Shown in pieces: positions 29,157 through 34,668 of a stretch of 34,668 bases of DNA (within the stretch, counting starts at the first letter, position 1; each line of letters starts with the position of its first letter). The stretch is from Limisphaerales bacterium (GTDB lineage Bacteria; Verrucomicrobiota; Verrucomicrobiia; Limisphaerales; SIBE01). Under the pieces are notes generated by a model. It saw only the letters and a program-made list of their open reading frames with translations, was not told the DNA's origin and made no database searches. The position numbers were made by a program, and so were the translations under genes. The stretch spans positions 1 through 34,668 of the forward strand of contig JBGAIN010000084.1 of NCBI GenBank assembly GCA_044225505.1. The letters run 5' to 3'.

Positions 29157-30572
29157 CTAGCTCAACTGCCATGGCGACCGATACGGTCGGTTCAAGAGTT
29201 TGCTCGCATCCTCGTCGCCCACGATGACTTCTTTCGCTGGATCCCATTTGATGGGACGTCCCGTCCACATTGAGATCAGGCCGAGGTGCCCAGGGATCGT
29301 GGAGTGATGCGCCACTTCGACGGGCGTCACCGTGGGTTGGCGTGATTTCACGCTGTCCAGGAATGCTCGCCAGTGCCCGCCCTTGTTGAAGAGCAGCTGC
29401 ACTTTACGCTGATCGTCCGGCAGAGTGCGGGCTTCTTCCCAGTCCTTGTGCGAAGACTCAAAGGCGTTGCCGCGATCGACCCAGACCCACCCGTCCGTGC
29501 CGATCCATTTCGTTCCGCTGCGAATGTCAGAATAACCACCGGCAAGGACGACAGTCACCGCATTCGGGTATTCGCAAACGATGCGGTATTTAGTGCAGGT
29601 GTTCCAAAGGGCATTGGGAGCGGGGAATTCACCTAACCCCATGACTTGAAGAGGCCCGATCGTGTCGTCGTGTCCAAGACCCCAATGGCCGATGTCGCCA
29701 TGATGTCCGATCCAATCGAGCAACTGACCGCCGCCCGTATTGTAGTTCCAGCGCCAGTTCATATGGCCGCGCGCACGAATGTACGGTTCCATCTTCGACG
29801 GGCCGACCCAGAACGGGTAATCCAGTTCCGCGGGGGGCTCACTGACGGCCGCATCCCAGGCCGCTGTGCCTGGCACAACCTTGGCCAGATTTGTGACCTT
29901 TTCCGAGAGCGTCCCCAGTTTTTGCAGCAACGGCTTGCCGGTCCCGGCGAAGTCTGTGTGTCCACTGGGGAGTCCGACTTCGACTCGAATGACTCGGCCG
30001 ATCAGGCCGTTGCGAACGATCTCCGCCGCATAATGAAAATTCCTCTCCGACCGTTGCCACGACCCGGTCTGCCAGATACGGCTGTTTTCTTGCACCGCTT
30101 TCACAATGGCCTGTTGTTCAGCAATCGTGCGGGCCAGAGGTTTTTCGCCGTAAATGTCTTTCTTTTGACGGGCTGCTTCGGTCGCGGTGAGGGCATGCCA
30201 ATGGTCGGGAACGGCTAGCATCACGGTATCGATATCCGTTCGGGCCATCATCTCGCGGTAATCGTGATAGCCTTTGCAATCTTCATTCTTGTAATGACCA
30301 TTGATCGTCTGCAGCGATTTCGCGAGGTGGTTCTTGTCAATGTTAGCGCTCGCGACCACCTGGCAGTCCGGTTGCCTGAGAAAGTTGCCCGTGTTGCTAG
30401 GCCCCTGCATTCCCCAGCCCACCACGCCCATCGTAATCCGCTCCGATGGCGCAGGCCGTCCGTCCGCTCCCAAAGCACTCGCGGGAATGATCATGGGAGC
30501 AGCGAGGGCAGCTCCTGTCACCGCTAAGAAATGACGTCGCGAAATCGGGGATCCAGAAGAAGAAGGCTTCAT
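29157..30572 (-). CDS. Gfo/Idh/MocA family oxidoreductase, Tat signal
   Basis: SRRHFL, GVVGWGMQG, PDHWHA, YGEKP, QTGSWQRS and DWIGHHGD motifs. Confidence 0.92.
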   Translation of the reverse strand: MKPSSSGSPISRRHFLAVTGAALAAPMIIPASALGADGRPAPSERITMGVVGWGMQGPSNTGNFLRQPDCQVVASANIDKNHLAKSLQTINGHYKNEDCKGYHDYREMMARTDIDTVMLAVPDHWHALTATEAARQKKDIYGEKPLARTIAEQQAIVKAVQENSRIWQTGSWQRSERNFHYAAEIVRNGLIGRVIRVEVGLPSGHTDFAGTGKPLLQKLGTLSEKVTNLAKVVPGTAAWDAAVSEPPAELDYPFWVGPSKMEPYIRARGHMNWRWNYNTGGGQLLDWIGHHGDIGHWGLGHDDTIGPLQVMGLGEFPAPNALWNTCTKYRIVCEYPNAVTVVLAGGYSDIRSGTKWIGTDGWVWVDRGNAFESSHKDWEEARTLPDDQRKVQLLFNKGGHWRAFLDSVKSRQPTVTPVEVAHHSTIPGHLGLISMWTGRPIKWDPAKEVIVGDEDASKLLNRPYRSPWQLS

Positions 30573-30667
30573 GACGGGAAGTCTGCCCCAGAACCCGCGG
30601 ACTTTCTAGCGGAAAAGCGCCTGTCGCTCACTCAGTTCGGGCCTGGCATCGAATGGTCTTGGTAGGC

Positions 30668-32566
30668 CTATTCTGGCCGCTTCGGAATGATCGGTAAGAC
30701 GATCGCCGAAGGGTGTTCTCGATCGTGGAAAATCGTATTCTCAGCCGTCGCCCAGCGCCGATTGTCATTGAGGGGTTCACCTGTGTTCGGATTCACGTCA
30801 AACCGTGGGAAGTTACTACTCGAGATATCGACGCGTATGCGGTGGCCTTTCTTAAAAATGTTCGAAGTTGGATAAAGCTTGATGGTCAACGGGTATATCT
30901 TTCCTGGCACCATGAGCGACTCAGCTTTGAGGGACTCGCGAAAACGGGCCCGGACAATCCCGTCCGCGATGTTTAAATCGAATCCCACAGGGTAGTCTGC
31001 GCTTGCTGGATAGACGTCGACAAGCTTAGCCGTAAAATCAGTGTCGGTCGCTGACGAACTCGCCCACAACCTGACCTGAAGTTCGCCCGTGACCTCCACG
31101 TCGTCGGACAACGGCTCGGTTTGAAAGACAACCACGTCGTTACGAGCAGAAAGAGGAATCGGTTCCGGCGCATTCCAAAAATTGCTCCCGCCGCGCTGGT
31201 CCCACGCGCCCTGCAACATGAGCCCGTCGCCTGAGGAAATATTCCCTCCCAACGTTGGGACCGGATGATGTGGGTCAAACGTGAACGTCGTTGACCGATC
31301 TTCTGGGTCTGGAAAGCGCGAGTTCAACCATCCTCGCTGGTGGAAATAAAACGGCGTCTCACGGGCGCGAGCCAAAGGCCAGTCATGTTCCTCGCGCCAG
31401 AAACCGCCATGGTTCAGCAAGCCCGCAGAGGTCTTGCGGCCATCCCCGGACCCCATGACAAAGAGGCGCACTGGGGTCGCGAAAGGCGGGCGTTTTCCAA
31501 CGTCATTGTCCAGCCCTTTGAGCCAATGATCGTACCATTGCAACCGCCATTGCAGTTCATCGGGAATGGCTGCCTCACTCCCGAAACTGACTTGTCCGTG
31601 GGCCGATCGGTTTTGTGCTCCGTGAATCCAGGGTCCCATGATCAGGTAGACCGGACCTCGAATCGTTTTCGACAAAACTCGATAATTGGCCGTCGTATTG
31701 CCCGCCCACGAATCGTACCAACCTCCAACCAGGTAGACGGGAATGTCCTTATAACGCTCGGGATGGTCGAGGATGTTGTTCTGCTGCCAGAAATCGTCGT
31801 TCCCGCCATGCGACATGGCCTGAACCAACCACTGTTCGTACTCGGACGCGTGCTGCAGAGGCGTTGTCCCCGGACGGAGCGGGAGGTTCCTAAGATAAAA
31901 GCGACGATCGTCCGCCATCTGGCGGAGCGCGGCGCCTAGCAGCGGGTCGCGCGCTTGACGACTGCCACTTGGAGCCCCCGTGGCGAAAATCCAATTCCAG
32001 AACCGCAGCTCAAAGGCGCCAGCGTTTCGCATGCTTTGGTAACCCATGTTCGATACGGCATCTACTGGAATCACTGTGTCCAATTGAGGTGCCTGTTCCA
32101 GCGCCATCGCATGCTGAGTGCCGCCGACATACGACGTGCCGATCATCCCGATCTTGCCGTTCGACCAAGGCTGCTTCGCGATCCAACGCGCGGTATCGAC
32201 CCCGTCCGGGCCATCGTCCGTCAGAAAATGCCAAATGCCTTCGGACCCGTAGCGTCCCCGAGTATCCTGGGCGACAAAAACATACCCGGATGAAGCGAAA
32301 AACTCTCCCTGCCCCTTGGAACTCGACTTGCCGTAGGGAGTGCGAATGAGGATTACTGGAAACCGTTCGTTTCTCTCGACCTTCCCTGACGGTGGCAGAT
32401 ACAGATCTGTCGCCAGCCGGACCCCGTTGCGCATCGTGACCATGACATCGTTGCTCGCCACGGCCGCTCCCAGCACGATGCTCCTCCAATGGAAAAGCGC
32501 GAGCATCAACCCGAGCAGGGCCACTCGGGCCGCGGCTTGGCGACGGCAAACACCAGAAGCACTCAT
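30668..32566 (-). CDS. CocE/NonD family hydrolase (peptidase S15 + PepX_C), secreted
   Basis: MRNGVRLATD, RTPY, QDTRGRYGSEG, nucleophile motif GTSYVG, GGWYD, GPWIH and SSSNFPRF. Confidence 0.92.
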   Translation of the reverse strand: MSASGVCRRQAAARVALLGLMLALFHWRSIVLGAAVASNDVMVTMRNGVRLATDLYLPPSGKVERNERFPVILIRTPYGKSSSKGQGEFFASSGYVFVAQDTRGRYGSEGIWHFLTDDGPDGVDTARWIAKQPWSNGKIGMIGTSYVGGTQHAMALEQAPQLDTVIPVDAVSNMGYQSMRNAGAFELRFWNWIFATGAPSGSRQARDPLLGAALRQMADDRRFYLRNLPLRPGTTPLQHASEYEQWLVQAMSHGGNDDFWQQNNILDHPERYKDIPVYLVGGWYDSWAGNTTANYRVLSKTIRGPVYLIMGPWIHGAQNRSAHGQVSFGSEAAIPDELQWRLQWYDHWLKGLDNDVGKRPPFATPVRLFVMGSGDGRKTSAGLLNHGGFWREEHDWPLARARETPFYFHQRGWLNSRFPDPEDRSTTFTFDPHHPVPTLGGNISSGDGLMLQGAWDQRGGSNFWNAPEPIPLSARNDVVVFQTEPLSDDVEVTGELQVRLWASSSATDTDFTAKLVDVYPASADYPVGFDLNIADGIVRARFRESLKAESLMVPGKIYPLTIKLYPTSNIFKKGHRIRVDISSSNFPRFDVNPNTGEPLNDNRRWATAENTIFHDREHPSAIVLPIIPKRPE

Positions 32567-32570
32567 AGAT

Positions 32571-34586
32571 TCAGGAATCTCCTTTCAAGAGACGCAAGGT
32601 CCACCTTGCTTGAAGGGAACCGCGCCGAGGATGGAACCTTAACTGTCGAAGCTGCGTGCCCCAGGACTGGATGAGACGCGGATCGGTCAACGGAATTCTT
32701 TCCACGCTCGGGTTCAAGATGGTGGCGTCGTACTCCAGACGGAGGCGGTCTTGAGGAGGTTGAGATTGTCCCCGGAAAAGAACCACCTTTCCGGGTTGGC
32801 TGACATCCAACTCCATCGGAGTGAGGTAATGCAGTTGGGTTTCGCCAGTGAGTTCGCGGAGATCGAACGCTTCCGTCAATTCCACCGATTGACCTCGATT
32901 CAACCGAACGGTGCGAACCCATGATTTGACCTGAGCCTCCTCGGGATACGCCGGGGCGATGTCCATCTGCAGTTGAGCCGCTGTTTCGGTCCTATGGTAG
33001 ACCACATCCCGCGCGGCATAGCGACGACCCGCACTTTGTAGGACACCGTTAATCGTGGGGACATTGTGAAATGCCGATTGAAAAGCCCAGATTTCGTAAC
33101 GTTTCGAGCTGAACGTCTGGGCGGTGTACGTAGGCGCTCCCACGTCGACCAGCACGGGCTGACCGTCCGCAAACACCAGGACATTTCCCACATCGTTGTG
33201 ATTATGACTTTGGGCGTTGTGACCGCCCCAGGCCGCCAGATAGAACCCCTCAATGGTTCGGTCCTTTGAACGAGCGGTCATCAATTGCAGATCTTCGCTC
33301 CCAAGCCAAACATCGCGCACCAGCGGTGATGCCGCAGGCTTTTCCGCGAGAATCGCGCCCGCATCGAAGACGCTGTAAATCTGCCGGCCTAGGAAACGCC
33401 CTCCCAGGATCGACGGCACGGAAGCCCCCTGCGCCGCCAGGGCTTTCAACGTCGGATCGCCGATGCGTCGACCATACCGAAAGACCAAAGACCTCTCCGG
33501 TTCAAAGCGGGCCGCGCAATCTCCAATGGGCACGAAATAATCGTCGGCAATGTAGGCTCGATAAATAAAACGCCCGATCTCCTGCACCAGTGGCTCCGCA
33601 AACACATCAAACTTGCCCCCGCTCGCGCTGTGCAAGATGTCCAAGCCATCCAGGAGACTCCCTCCCGCTCGCCCCCAGTAGCTCGGTCCTTCGTCACAGC
33701 TCCCATCGCTCGGATAAAAGCGTACGAACCCGTCCAGGCTGCGTAACATTTTGTGCACCGTTTGCACCCGCCGCTCTGCGTCCGGTTCGCTTAACAAGCT
33801 CGTCGTCAGCACGCTCGCGGCAATCCAAGGCGTCCAATTGTTCGGGCGTTGGTCAGGTCGAGTTACGTGCAAGGCCATCCATCCGAAGTCATCTCGATCC
33901 CGAACCGGAGTCAAGACCCGCTGCTGCAACTCGAATGCGGCGCGGCGCCGAATCTGCGGTGAAACAAGGTCCATTTCAGAGCCCAACAAATAGAGCGTCC
34001 AAGCAACCGTGACGGCACTCTCCCCGGCAAAGAGATCGACGATGGGCTCCTGGACATCAGGCAGTCCCACCTTGGCTTTTTGCGCACCGACATGCGCGGG
34101 AAGGCACCAAGTAGACTCTTCACAAATCGCCCACAACGCATCGGTCGCTGCGGTCAGATACCGGCCTTTCCCTTCGACGCACTCTGCCAAAACCAAGTTT
34201 TGTAACTGCGCGCGTCTTGCGAAGTAGACCCCCTCAAAATTGGCCCGATTCCCCTGACGCGCGTATTCCAGGTAGAGCGACGCCGGTAACGCTGGTATCG
34301 GCTTGTTTAATGCCTCGTCTCCCAATTTTACCAGATACGTGCGGACCGATTCGGGCAGGCCGTCCCACGCCTCGCGCGCCGACCATGTCGGGCACGGATG
34401 CCATTGCTCCCGCGGGAGCAAGATCTCTCGCAACCGTTCTACCGTGAAATCCCGGGCCAGACTCAGCGAGTTCGTAGAGGCAGCTGCAAGCGGCCTTAGG
34501 TTTCCAGCCATGACCACGGCCAAAAGCAGCGAGCCCCGAATCAAAGGTTGAAGCAAATCCCGCAAGCCAAGAGGACATGTTCTCAT
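32571..34586 (-). CDS. Heparinase II/III-like protein, secreted
   Basis: ICEESTWCLPAH, NNWTPW, CDEGPSYW, SHNHNDVG and QSAFHNVP motifs. ATG 34586 precedes a signal-like peptide, although the frame stays open to the window end. Confidence 0.85.
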   Translation of the reverse strand: MRTCPLGLRDLLQPLIRGSLLLAVVMAGNLRPLAAASTNSLSLARDFTVERLREILLPREQWHPCPTWSAREAWDGLPESVRTYLVKLGDEALNKPIPALPASLYLEYARQGNRANFEGVYFARRAQLQNLVLAECVEGKGRYLTAATDALWAICEESTWCLPAHVGAQKAKVGLPDVQEPIVDLFAGESAVTVAWTLYLLGSEMDLVSPQIRRRAAFELQQRVLTPVRDRDDFGWMALHVTRPDQRPNNWTPWIAASVLTTSLLSEPDAERRVQTVHKMLRSLDGFVRFYPSDGSCDEGPSYWGRAGGSLLDGLDILHSASGGKFDVFAEPLVQEIGRFIYRAYIADDYFVPIGDCAARFEPERSLVFRYGRRIGDPTLKALAAQGASVPSILGGRFLGRQIYSVFDAGAILAEKPAASPLVRDVWLGSEDLQLMTARSKDRTIEGFYLAAWGGHNAQSHNHNDVGNVLVFADGQPVLVDVGAPTYTAQTFSSKRYEIWAFQSAFHNVPTINGVLQSAGRRYAARDVVYHRTETAAQLQMDIAPAYPEEAQVKSWVRTVRLNRGQSVELTEAFDLRELTGETQLHYLTPMELDVSQPGKVVLFRGQSQPPQDRLRLEYDATILNPSVERIPLTDPRLIQSWGTQLRQLRFHPRRGSLQARWTLRLLKGDS

Positions 34587-34668
34587 AAGTTGCCTTGCCA
34601 ACCATCCAACACGGGAAATGCGAGAACGTCGAGACTTCGACAGCAAGGAAACGCCAACCACCTCCACC

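Overview
GC-rich bacterial chromosomal segment whose gene content (DUF1549/DUF1553 planctomycete cytochrome c protein, DUF1501, CotH, many Tat-signal sugar enzymes) points to the PVC superphylum, probably Verrucomicrobiota (inference). It holds about 21 CDSs, all assigned by motif recognition without database searches. Most are exported glycan-processing enzymes: DUF4091/GH123-like, GH95-like, GH120, GH39, heparinase II/III, a TIM-barrel sugar epimerase, Gfo/Idh/MocA, an FAD oxidoreductase and CocE/NonD, plus a cytoplasmic fuconolactonase-like amidohydrolase. There is also a TolC-adaptor-ABC (MacAB-TolC-like) exporter whose adaptor ends in two EF-hands, a stand-alone UvrC-like GIY-YIG nuclease with a candidate beta-clamp motif, and a PSD1-DUF1501-WD40 operon. 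No rRNA, tRNA, CRISPR array or transposase was seen. The most unusual non-coding signals are a 107-bp AT-rich inverted repeat built from helically phased 11-bp units (24621-24727), a REP-doublet-like element with compensatory changes (18584-18696) and several nested stem-loops in intergenic spacers.
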